Below, in pieces: positions 36,248 through 44,113 of a stretch of 64,000 nucleotides of DNA (position 1 is its first letter; the number at the start of each line of letters is the position of its first letter). Both the position numbers and the translations under genes were made by a program. This stretch comes from Candidatus Woesearchaeota archaeon (GTDB taxonomy: Archaea; Nanobdellota; Nanobdellia; Pacearchaeales; GW2011-AR1). The DNA lies in assembly GCA_964608765.1 (NCBI GenBank), contig CAZSPD010000001.1:6373-70372 (forward strand). Reading direction: 5' to 3'. Below the pieces are notes generated by a model. The model did not search any database and was not told where the DNA came from. It was given only the letters and a program-made list of their open reading frames with translations.

Positions 36248-36769
36248 TTATTTCTTCATACCTACTACACTCCTCACCGGAGTAGTTTCTTTTATATTTT
36301 TTCTTTTAATGCCAGAACCCTTCTTCCTATTACGTCTGAAATTTGCTTTAGTTCTTTGTCCTCTTAATGGAAGTCCTCCAGTATGTCTTAATCCTCTATA
36401 ACTTCTTATCTTTTTCAATCTCTTAATATCAAAATCTTTTCTTAAATCTAAATCTGTTCCAGTAAGATGTTTCTCGTCTCCTTTTTCTAAATCTCTTCTT
36501 CGGTTTAATATATAATCAGGTAAGTCTGGGTTTTTTATAAATTCTGAAATCTTTTGAATTTCTTCTTCAGTAAGACTTCCTATTGTTCTTCTTTTATCTA
36601 TTTTTAATTTTTTACACACTGCATTTGAAAATGACCATGAAACTCCTTTAATTTTAGCTAACCCTGGATAAACCTTCATTCTTCCTTCTATATCTTTGGA
36701 TAGGATTCTAATTAGTTTTTCTTCTCGTTTTTCTTGTTGCTGCATATGAGGGTTTTTATTTTCAGCCAT
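36248..36769 (-). CDS. rps13: 30S ribosomal protein uS13
   Basis: IKGV, NRRRDLEKG, SYRGLRH..GLPLRGQRTK. Confidence 0.97.
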   Translation of the reverse strand: MAENKNPHMQQQEKREEKLIRILSKDIEGRMKVYPGLAKIKGVSWSFSNAVCKKLKIDKRRTIGSLTEEEIQKISEFIKNPDLPDYILNRRRDLEKGDEKHLTGTDLDLRKDFDIKRLKKIRSYRGLRHTGGLPLRGQRTKANFRRNRKKGSGIKRKNIKETTPVRSVVGMKK

Positions 36770-36770
36770 T

Positions 36771-37316
36771 TTATTGTGTTTTATTTGTAAAAAGATTGTA
36801 TCTTTCTATCTGAGTTAATTCTTGAAAGATTCTTCTTTCAATAGCTTTTTCAGGATCAGGGAGATTTTGAATTCTCTGTTTCATTTCCTGAAAAGATTCA
36901 AATTCTTTTTCTTTTCTTTGTTTTAATATTTCCTGCATGTGCTTTTTCCCTAATCCAGGTAATAATTCTATCTGATGAATTCTTTTGTTTATTGCATCAG
37001 ACTTGTTGAAAAATTCAACATATTCTTTCTCTTTTTCTTTAATAACTTGCTTTATAAATTCTCCTAATTGGTACTTTGCACTTTCTGTGAGCTTTTCTCT
37101 ATGTAATCTCCCAAGAATATAATATATTTTTTCCCGTTTACCTTCGCCAATATAAACTTTCTCACCTATTTTTAATTCAATTCCTCTTCTAGGAACAAGT
37201 TCAAGAAGAACCAATGTATTTTCCCCTATAGCCTGCGCTATAGGCATCATTTTTTTCTCCAACGGATATCCGTTCGGGAGATATTCTAAGATTATTGCAT
37301 TTTCTTCTTTTCCCAT
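36771..37316 (-). CDS. DUF655 putative RNA-binding protein
   Basis: LEYLPNG, QAIGE...LLEL, VYIG.G.R, HQIELLPGLGKK, FESF; conserved L21e-rpoF-DUF655 order. Confidence 0.93.
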   Translation of the reverse strand: MGKEENAIILEYLPNGYPLEKKMMPIAQAIGENTLVLLELVPRRGIELKIGEKVYIGEGKREKIYYILGRLHREKLTESAKYQLGEFIKQVIKEKEKEYVEFFNKSDAINKRIHQIELLPGLGKKHMQEILKQRKEKEFESFQEMKQRIQNLPDPEKAIERRIFQELTQIERYNLFTNKTQ

Positions 37317-37321
37317 ATTCT

Positions 37322-37627
37322 TTATATGAATCCTTTAATTGTGTCAAGTATCTTTTTTGTTTCATTCTCATCTAAGCTAATATCAATAAATATTTTATTT
37401 ATTTCTTCTGGCTTTTCTGGAAGAATGTCAATAAGTTTTGAGATATTCATTGTATTAAGTTTAATTATATCTAACTCTTCAAGTTTCTTTCTGAGTTCCT
37501 TAGCTTTTTTAGAGGTTAGTTTATTAAATTTTTTAGCAAACTCTAAAACAGGTTTTTCAGCTTTTTTCTCCTTCTCCATATATTCTAGGGATTCTGCCAT
37601 GCTTAGGGGAGTCATACTGTTTATCAT
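37322..37627 (-). CDS. rpoF: RNA polymerase subunit F (Rpo4)
   Basis: PLSMAE...LEFAKKF..A..L...L..KLIDILP; synteny. Confidence 0.9.
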   Translation of the reverse strand: MINSMTPLSMAESLEYMEKEKKAEKPVLEFAKKFNKLTSKKAKELRKKLEELDIIKLNTMNISKLIDILPEKPEEINKIFIDISLDENETKKILDTIKGFI

Positions 37628-37628
37628 T

Positions 37629-37889
37629 TTATTTATTATCTTTTATCTTTTTTAAGTGTATTGGGGAGATTATGAATGTCTTTTCCTTTTTCAAATCCAT
37701 TATTTTTACAGCGTAACTTCTTCCAATTTTTTTATCTATTTTCCCTGTTCTTCCTTGTAATCTCTTTGGGAATGAAGTGTTTAATGATTTTTCAACTACA
37801 ACTGCAACAAAATCTCCTTCTTTAAATTTTTGAAAATACTTGCTAAGTTGGATTTTTCCCCTAGTTCTTACAGGCTTTCTCTTTGTCAT
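37629..37889 (-). CDS. rpl21e: 50S ribosomal protein eL21
   Basis: RTRGK, FKEGD.V, PKRLQGRTG, PIHLK. Confidence 0.95.
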   Translation of the reverse strand: MTKRKPVRTRGKIQLSKYFQKFKEGDFVAVVVEKSLNTSFPKRLQGRTGKIDKKIGRSYAVKIMDLKKEKTFIISPIHLKKIKDNK

Positions 37890-37926
37890 ATAATACCCAG
37901 AAAAATTCTATTTAAAAAACTATCCT

Positions 37927-38145
37927 TTACATGAAACTTATTCTAGAATTACCTAGTTTTGCAGGAGGTTCATTCAATCCAACATTAGAATTACACAAGT
38001 CTCCTTTTTCATTAGCCTCTTCCATATTTTTTAAAATAGCGTTAAACATTTTTTCTCCCCAGACTCCAACCCCACATCTATTACACACATCAAGAGTTCT
38101 ATCATCAGTAATTTCTCCTTTACAATAAATACATTTTTTAGTCAT
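37927..38145 (-). CDS. Small Zn-finger protein
   Basis: CIYC...CNRC. ATG at 38145 is preceded by GGGTG and is preferred over the TTG at 38184. Confidence 0.75.
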   Translation of the reverse strand: MTKKCIYCKGEITDDRTLDVCNRCGVGVWGEKMFNAILKNMEEANEKGDLCNSNVGLNEPPAKLGNSRISFM

Positions 38146-38299
38146 TTTACACCCTTTTTTAATTTCAATTCTCTCTTTAATCAAAATTGGTTTTTAAATT
38201 TTTGTGTAATTGCTTATGCAATTTAAATACATTTTTTATAAAGATACTATCAAAAAAAGGCATAGTAAGCTTTAAAAATATCATTTAAGCATTAATTAT

Positions 38300-38497
38300 A
38301 TGATAATTCCAGTTAGATGCTTCTCATGCGGAAAACCAGTAGGGCACTTATGGGAAGAATATAAGAAACGTGTAGCTCAAGGAGAAAATTCTAAAAAAGT
38401 CCTTGATGAATTAGGGGTAGAAAGATTTTGTTGCAGAGCAATCTTTTTAGGACAAGAAGATCATTTAGAGTTGGTTGCTAAATTTAAAAAATCCTAG
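38300..38497 (+). CDS. rpoN: RNA polymerase subunit N (Rpo10)
   Basis: MIIPVRCFSCGK...LDELGVERFCCR. Confidence 0.97.
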   Translation: MIIPVRCFSCGKPVGHLWEEYKKRVAQGENSKKVLDELGVERFCCRAIFLGQEDHLELVAKFKKS

Positions 38498-38500
38498 ATA

Positions 38501-39547
38501 ATGAGAATTAAAGTTTTATTCTCTTTATTATCTCCATTATTCTTTATTATTTTTTCTAGTGTTTTTATCTCAAGTAGTGAATTAGTTCACAATAAAACAA
38601 TAAATTTATCTGAATTAAGTTTAGAAGAGAAAGTGGGACAACTGATGTTTGTAAAACCTTCAGGATTAAATTTAGATTATTTAAATGAATTACATGTTGG
38701 AGGTATTTTCCTCAATAATTTTAATTCTGAAGAAGAGTATAAAGAAGTAATCTCTTTTTATCAATCTAATTCTAAAATTCCTCTTTTTGTTGCAACTGAT
38801 TTAGAAGGGTATTGGAATCCTTTTAATAGTTTTTATAATTCTCTTTCTTTTGGAGATATTCAATCAAGCAAAGAAGCATATGATTTAGGAAAATCTCATG
38901 GAGAAATTTTAAAAGAATTAGGGTTTAATTTAGATTTTTCACCTATTGTTGAAACTAAGAATAATGTTTGGAATTACAGAACATTTACAGGGGCACCAGA
39001 GGAGATTAAAGGAAAAATTTCTAATTATATTAAAGGGCTTCACGATGAAGAAATATTTGCAACAGCTAAGCACTATCCAGGAGGAAGTTTGATTAAAGAC
39101 CCTCATAAATTTAAATACAAAGCAAATATCTCAGAAGAAGAACTTTCTTATTTTGATTTTGCAATTTCTCAAAAAGTTGATTTTGTAATGGTCGGACACC
39201 CTGTTGTCTATGGCTCAATAAATTCTAAAAATAAACAAGCTTCAATTTCTCCAGAAGTAATAAACACTCTAAAAACTAAATTTAATGGGATTATAATCAC
39301 AGATGCAATTACAATGAATGGATTAAGAGTTTCATATTTACTTAATTTTAAAAAAGTGTATCCTGACTTAGTTTTAGCAGGAAACGATATTATATTAGAT
39401 ACACATAAAAGATCTAGTTACAAACATTTAGTAAAACGAAGGAACAAACTTCTAAAAGATGTTTTAAATAAGAAAGTTTCTATTGAAAGAATAGATGAGT
39501 CCCTTGAAAAAATCCTTAAATTAAAGGGATATACTATAGTAAAGTGA
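38501..39547 (+). CDS. Exported GH3 glycoside hydrolase, NagZ-like (beta-N-acetylhexosaminidase)
   Basis: N-terminal hydrophobic segment, LEEKVGQL, ATDLEG, KHYPGG....DPH, MVGH, GIIITDA..M. Confidence 0.85.
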   Translation: MRIKVLFSLLSPLFFIIFSSVFISSSELVHNKTINLSELSLEEKVGQLMFVKPSGLNLDYLNELHVGGIFLNNFNSEEEYKEVISFYQSNSKIPLFVATDLEGYWNPFNSFYNSLSFGDIQSSKEAYDLGKSHGEILKELGFNLDFSPIVETKNNVWNYRTFTGAPEEIKGKISNYIKGLHDEEIFATAKHYPGGSLIKDPHKFKYKANISEEELSYFDFAISQKVDFVMVGHPVVYGSINSKNKQASISPEVINTLKTKFNGIIITDAITMNGLRVSYLLNFKKVYPDLVLAGNDIILDTHKRSSYKHLVKRRNKLLKDVLNKKVSIERIDESLEKILKLKGYTIVK

Positions 39548-39572
39548 GTCATTAAATCAGATTAAAATATTT

Positions 39573-39684
39573 AAGACAGCTTGCTATTTTCCCATCTTTT
39601 CGGACAGTACAGATAACAACATAGGGTGCTTAACTTCTGTGTTCGGAAAGGGAACAGGTGTTACCAACCTATTATGGCTGTCTC
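39573..39684 (-). rRNA. rrf: 5S rRNA (ends approximate)
   Basis: Minus strand GAGACAGCCATA...ACACCTGTTCCCTTTCCGAACACAGAAGTTAAGC...GTACTG..GGGAA..GCTGTCTT, with complementary ends forming helix I. Confidence 0.92.
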
Positions 39685-39746
39685 AAAAATTCAATTTCTT
39701 TCTGGTTTATAAACCTTTTTATAGACTTAATTTCTTATTTTTTCAA

Positions 39747-39830
39747 GTGGGGTTGCCGGAGTGGTCAAACGGGCGAGATTAAGGCTCTCGTAGCTTAGTG
39801 CTTACACAGGTTCGAATCCTGTACCTCACA
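39747..39830 (+). tRNA. tRNA-Leu, anticodon AAG
   Basis: GTGGGGT/ACCTCAC acceptor stem, CGAGA-TTAAGGC-TCTCG anticodon arm, variable arm nearly identical to the tRNA-Leu(CAA) in this window, GGTTCGAATCC. Confidence 0.92.
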
Positions 39831-39893
39831 TTAATTTTGTATTATATTCTCAATAAGATATAACTTTAAAAGAAAGTATTTTTTGTAAATAAA

Positions 39894-40850
39894 ATGAGGA
39901 TATTAGTTACTGGAGGAGCAGGATTTATTGGAAGCCATCTTTGCAGATTCCTTCTTGAAAAAGGAAATGAGGTAATTTGTTTAGATAATTTTTTTACAGG
40001 GAGGAAAAGAAATGTGGCTCCTTTGTTAAATAATCCTAAATTCAAGATAATTCCTCATGATATTACAGATACTCAGGTAAGATTGGATCAAAAAATACCT
40101 CAAGGAGTAGATCAAATTTATAATCTTGCTTGTCCTGCAGCCCCAATCCATTATCAATTTGATCCAATAGAAACAATTAAATCAAACACTATTGGAGTAA
40201 TAAATGTTTTGGAATTCGCAAAATTAAACGGAGCAAGAGTTCTTCAGGCGTCAACTTCAGAGATTTATGGAGAACCTTTAGAACACCCTCAAAAAGAAAC
40301 ATATAATGGAAACGTTAATACTCTTGGACCAAGAGCATGTTATGATGAAGGAAAAAGAGTGGCAGAGGCATTATTTACAAGTTATCATAGAAAATATAAA
40401 TTGCCTATAAGAATAGCAAGGATATTTAATACTTATGGGCCAAACATGAACAAAGAAGATGGAAGAGTCGTGAACAATTTCATTATTCAGGCATTGCAAG
40501 GAGAACCTCTTACAATTTATGGAGAAGGGAATCAAACTAGAAGTTTTTGTTATGTTGATGATCTAATTGAAAGTTTATACCGTATGATGAACCAAACCCA
40601 AACAATCGGTCCAATAAATCTGGGGAATCCAGGAGAATTTACAATAAATGATTTGGCAAAAAAAGTGATAAAAATGACTAAATCTAATTCAAAGATAATT
40701 TACAAAGAATTACCTCAAGACGACCCAACTCAAAGAAAACCAGATATAACTTTAGCAACTAATATACTAAAATGGAAACCTCGAATAAATCTTGACAGGG
40801 GTTTATCTAAAACTATTCCCTACTTTAAATCAATTCTTTTTCTTAAGTAA
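39894..40850 (+). CDS. uxs: UDP-glucuronate decarboxylase (UDP-xylose synthase) family SDR
   Basis: [52 protein letters not shown]. Confidence 0.92.
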   Translation: MRILVTGGAGFIGSHLCRFLLEKGNEVICLDNFFTGRKRNVAPLLNNPKFKIIPHDITDTQVRLDQKIPQGVDQIYNLACPAAPIHYQFDPIETIKSNTIGVINVLEFAKLNGARVLQASTSEIYGEPLEHPQKETYNGNVNTLGPRACYDEGKRVAEALFTSYHRKYKLPIRIARIFNTYGPNMNKEDGRVVNNFIIQALQGEPLTIYGEGNQTRSFCYVDDLIESLYRMMNQTQTIGPINLGNPGEFTINDLAKKVIKMTKSNSKIIYKELPQDDPTQRKPDITLATNILKWKPRINLDRGLSKTIPYFKSILFLK

Positions 40851-40897
40851 CCGGCTTATAGCAGTTTTTTTAAATGGTAATTGTTCTTAATAATTAT

Positions 40898-40972
40898 GCA
40901 TCCGTAACTCAGTCCGGATAGAGTACCTCCGTCCTAAGGAGGGAGTCGAAGGTTCAAATCCTTCCGGATGCA
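40898..40972 (+). tRNA. tRNA-Arg(CCT)
   Basis: GCATCCG/CGGATGC acceptor stem, CCTCC-GTCCTAA-GGAGG anticodon arm, GGTTCAAATCC. Confidence 0.93.
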
Positions 40973-40979
40973 CTTACTC

Positions 40980-41465
40980 TTATCGCATAGCAGAGTTTAT
41001 TATTAACCAGAAAGTAACTGCTACGGCTTCTGTAGCTAGTAAATAACTCCAAGATATTTTATAATTCCCTCTCATTTTAAATAATAAATATATAAGAATA
41101 ATTGATTGTAAAACTATAACATGAAAATATATAAAAAATTCAGTAAAAAAATATTCTGCCCATCTGTATATATGAGGGCTAGTGAAAGCAGCTATTACTA
41201 AAGTAATTAAAAATCCAGAAAAAAAATCCCCTTTTTTCTTTCCTTCTTGCTTAGTCTTTTTTGAAAATAATGTGAATAATCCTATTTGAAGAGAGTTAGA
41301 GAAAGCATATGCAAGGCTAAGTCCTATAAACCACGAAAACGAGGATTGTATTAATTCAAATACTTCTTTAAACAGACTGAAATTATATTTTTCAAGAAGA
41401 GTTATTACACTCATAAGGAAGAAAATTATTGCTTCTATTATAAGAAACTTTTTTAATTTCCTCAT
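40980..41465 (-). CDS. Hypothetical membrane protein
   Basis: 161 aa with about 5 hydrophobic segments. Confidence 0.75.
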   Translation of the reverse strand: MRKLKKFLIIEAIIFFLMSVITLLEKYNFSLFKEVFELIQSSFSWFIGLSLAYAFSNSLQIGLFTLFSKKTKQEGKKKGDFFSGFLITLVIAAFTSPHIYRWAEYFFTEFFIYFHVIVLQSIILIYLLFKMRGNYKISWSYLLATEAVAVTFWLIINSAMR

Positions 41466-41557
41466 CTAATAAATTATTTTTAAGGGTTAATAAATATGTC
41501 TTTACACTATTTTCAAAACAAAAACCTTTAAAACACTCTTAAATAAGAATATATTGT

Positions 41558-41628
41558 GCGTGGGTAGTTCAGCGGCAGAATCTCTGGCTTCCAACCAGAT
41601 GACCCGGGTTCGAATCCCGGCTCGCGCA
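41558..41628 (+). tRNA. tRNA-Gly(TCC)
   Basis: GCGTGGG/CTCGCGC acceptor stem, TCTGG-CTTCCAA-CCAGA anticodon arm, short variable loop, GGTTCGAATCC. Confidence 0.93.
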
Positions 41629-41640
41629 TATGAACCTAAA

Positions 41641-42543
41641 ATGGAAGAAAATACAAAACCCAAATTTAAATTAGGAGAATGGCATGATAAGCATCATAAA
41701 AAATTGCTTTTAATTCCACTATCTCTTTTAATATTTTCACTAGTTTATTTAGGTGTTTTTTATTCTCAACACGGAGACATTTTTTTAAAAGACATTTCTC
41801 TTTCAGGAGGAACTTCTGTAACAATTAATGGAGAATTAGATAAAATATCCCTTGAAAAAAGTTTAATTGATGAGTTTGGAGATGCAAATATTAGAGTAAT
41901 CTCTGATTTAATAACAGGAGAGCAATTAGCAACAATTATTGAAGTTAGTGCAGAAACAGAGGAAACAAAAGCATTTTTAGAAGATTATTTAGGATATAAA
42001 TTAACAGAGGAAAATAGTAGCTTCGAGTATTCTGAATCTTCATTCACAAAAGATTTGTATAGACAATTAATGCTTTCACTTGCTTTAGCATTTTTACTTA
42101 TGACTATTGTGGTTTTTATTTTATTTAGAAGTTTCGTGCCTTCAATAACAGTAGTTATGTGTGTTTTAATAAATATTATTATGACTATTGCAGTAGTCAA
42201 CTTGTTTGGAATAAAAATATCAACTGGAGGAATAATTGCATTTTTAATGCTTATAGGGTATTCTGTTGATACAGACATTCTACTTACAAATAGATTATTA
42301 AAAAGAAGAGATGGAACATTAAATCAAAGAATTGCAGGTTCTGTTAAAACTGGGATTACAATGACACTCACTTCTTTATTTGCTATTTTAGCTTCACTTT
42401 TCGTAGTAAAATCCTTCTCATCAATTTTAACTCAAATATTCTTAATAATTTCAATAGGTTTATTTTTTGATTTAATTAATACTTGGATTACAAATGTTTC
42501 AATACTTAAATGGTATATTAATTCAAAGGAGAATAAAAAATGA
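41641..42543 (+). CDS. secF: Protein translocase subunit SecF
   Basis: DISLSGGTSVT, FLMLIGYSVDTDILLT, TGITMT.TS. Start moved to ATG 41641 because the longer ORF runs through tRNA-Gly. Confidence 0.92.
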   Translation: MEENTKPKFKLGEWHDKHHKKLLLIPLSLLIFSLVYLGVFYSQHGDIFLKDISLSGGTSVTINGELDKISLEKSLIDEFGDANIRVISDLITGEQLATIIEVSAETEETKAFLEDYLGYKLTEENSSFEYSESSFTKDLYRQLMLSLALAFLLMTIVVFILFRSFVPSITVVMCVLINIIMTIAVVNLFGIKISTGGIIAFLMLIGYSVDTDILLTNRLLKRRDGTLNQRIAGSVKTGITMTLTSLFAILASLFVVKSFSSILTQIFLIISIGLFFDLINTWITNVSILKWYINSKENKK

Positions 42544-44075
42544 AAAAATTAGGATTTAAGATTTGGCTTTACATAATTGTTTTAACACTAACAATTATGT
42601 CTATTTTTGTATCTTCAAATGGTATAACTTTCCTTCAAAAAGGAGTTTTAATAACAAGTGTAGAACAAAATTCAAGTGCATTTGAAGCTGGACTTAGACA
42701 AGGACAAATAATAACAGAGATTAATGGGTATAAAATAGATAATTTACAATCTTACACAGAATATCTTCAAGATAATTTCCCTTATGAACAAGAAACAAAA
42801 ATAATTATAAAAACAAAAAATGATGAAGCACTGCTATACACTAAACACTCTCCAAATATAACAGTATCATCTATCCCTAAATCAACTCTAAAAACAGGGC
42901 TAGATTTATCTGGAGGTGCAAGAGCAATAATTAGTGCAGAGGGAGTTGAATTAACTAGTCAAGAAGCAAAAGATTTATCTGATATAATATCAAATAGAAT
43001 AAACTACTATGGGCTTAAAGATATTCAAACAGCTCCTTTCTCAGATTTGTCAGGGAATAATTACATAAGAATAGAAATTGCAGGTGCTACACCTAAAGAT
43101 TTAAGCTCTATGATTGAAAGCCAAGGTAAATTTGAAGCTAAAATAGGAAACGAAACAGTATTTATTGGGGGAGAGAGAGATATATCCTCTGTATGTAGAA
43201 ATGATGCTACTTGTTCATACATTCAATCGTGCGACCAAATTTCTCCAAACGAATATGCTTGTAGATTTATATTTACAATTTATTTAAGTCAAGAAGCTGC
43301 AGAAAGACACGCAGCAATAACAGGTAATGTTTCTATAAACTCTTCAAACCCAGAATATTTATCTGAACCTTTGAATTTATATCTTGATAATGTTCTTGTT
43401 GAGACTCTTTTAATAAGCAAAAATCTTAAAGGAGAAGTTACAACTCAGATAGCTATTTCAGGTTCAGGAGTAGGTTCTACAAACGAAGAAGCATATGATG
43501 CTGCTAAAGAGAGCATGCGTAACCTTCAAACAATTTTAATAACAGGAAGTTTCCCATACAAATTAAAAATATTAAAATTAGATGTTATCTCTCCTAATTT
43601 GGGAAGTAATTTCACCAAAGCAATTTTTCTTGCGGGATTTTTTGCTCTGTTTTGCGTAGCTTTAGTAGTGTTCTTTAGATATAGGAAAATAAAACAATCT
43701 TTTGCAGTATTGGGAATAGGAACATCTGAGATAATAATAACTTTAGGTATTGCTGCATTCTTAAATATAAATTTAGATTTATCCGCAATAGTAGGAGTTT
43801 TAGCAGCAATAGGAACAGGAGTTAATGATCAAATTGTTATGTTAGATGAAGCTAAAAGAAAAACATCTTCTTCAAGTATAAAATCAAGAATAAAAAACGC
43901 ATTTGAAATTATTATGGGTGCGTATTTAACACTTGTAGCAGCAATGATACCGCTTTATATTGTAGGAGGGGGTTTATTGAAAGGATTTGCTTCTACAACA
44001 ATTATTGGACTAACATTAGGTATACTTGTAACAAGGCCTGCATTTGGAGAAATGTTAAAGAGAATGGAAGAATAG
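42540..44075 (+). CDS. secD: Protein translocase subunit SecD with PDZ-like insertion
   Basis: GLDLSGGAR, RINYYGL.D, QGKFEAKI, IGTGVNDQIV, GLLKGFA, TRPAF; GVLITSVEQNSSAFEAGL..GQIITEING after TM1. Confidence 0.92.
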   Translation: MKKLGFKIWLYIIVLTLTIMSIFVSSNGITFLQKGVLITSVEQNSSAFEAGLRQGQIITEINGYKIDNLQSYTEYLQDNFPYEQETKIIIKTKNDEALLYTKHSPNITVSSIPKSTLKTGLDLSGGARAIISAEGVELTSQEAKDLSDIISNRINYYGLKDIQTAPFSDLSGNNYIRIEIAGATPKDLSSMIESQGKFEAKIGNETVFIGGERDISSVCRNDATCSYIQSCDQISPNEYACRFIFTIYLSQEAAERHAAITGNVSINSSNPEYLSEPLNLYLDNVLVETLLISKNLKGEVTTQIAISGSGVGSTNEEAYDAAKESMRNLQTILITGSFPYKLKILKLDVISPNLGSNFTKAIFLAGFFALFCVALVVFFRYRKIKQSFAVLGIGTSEIIITLGIAAFLNINLDLSAIVGVLAAIGTGVNDQIVMLDEAKRKTSSSSIKSRIKNAFEIIMGAYLTLVAAMIPLYIVGGGLLKGFASTTIIGLTLGILVTRPAFGEMLKRMEE

Positions 44076-44113
44076 AGTTAGAGTATTTGTAAAATATTTT
44101 ACAATTTTAAATT

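Noticed and set aside
41554-41640. N-terminal extension of SecF in the ORF track (MCVGSSAAES..)
   Set aside because: It is a translation of the tRNA-Gly gene; the real start is most likely ATG 41641.
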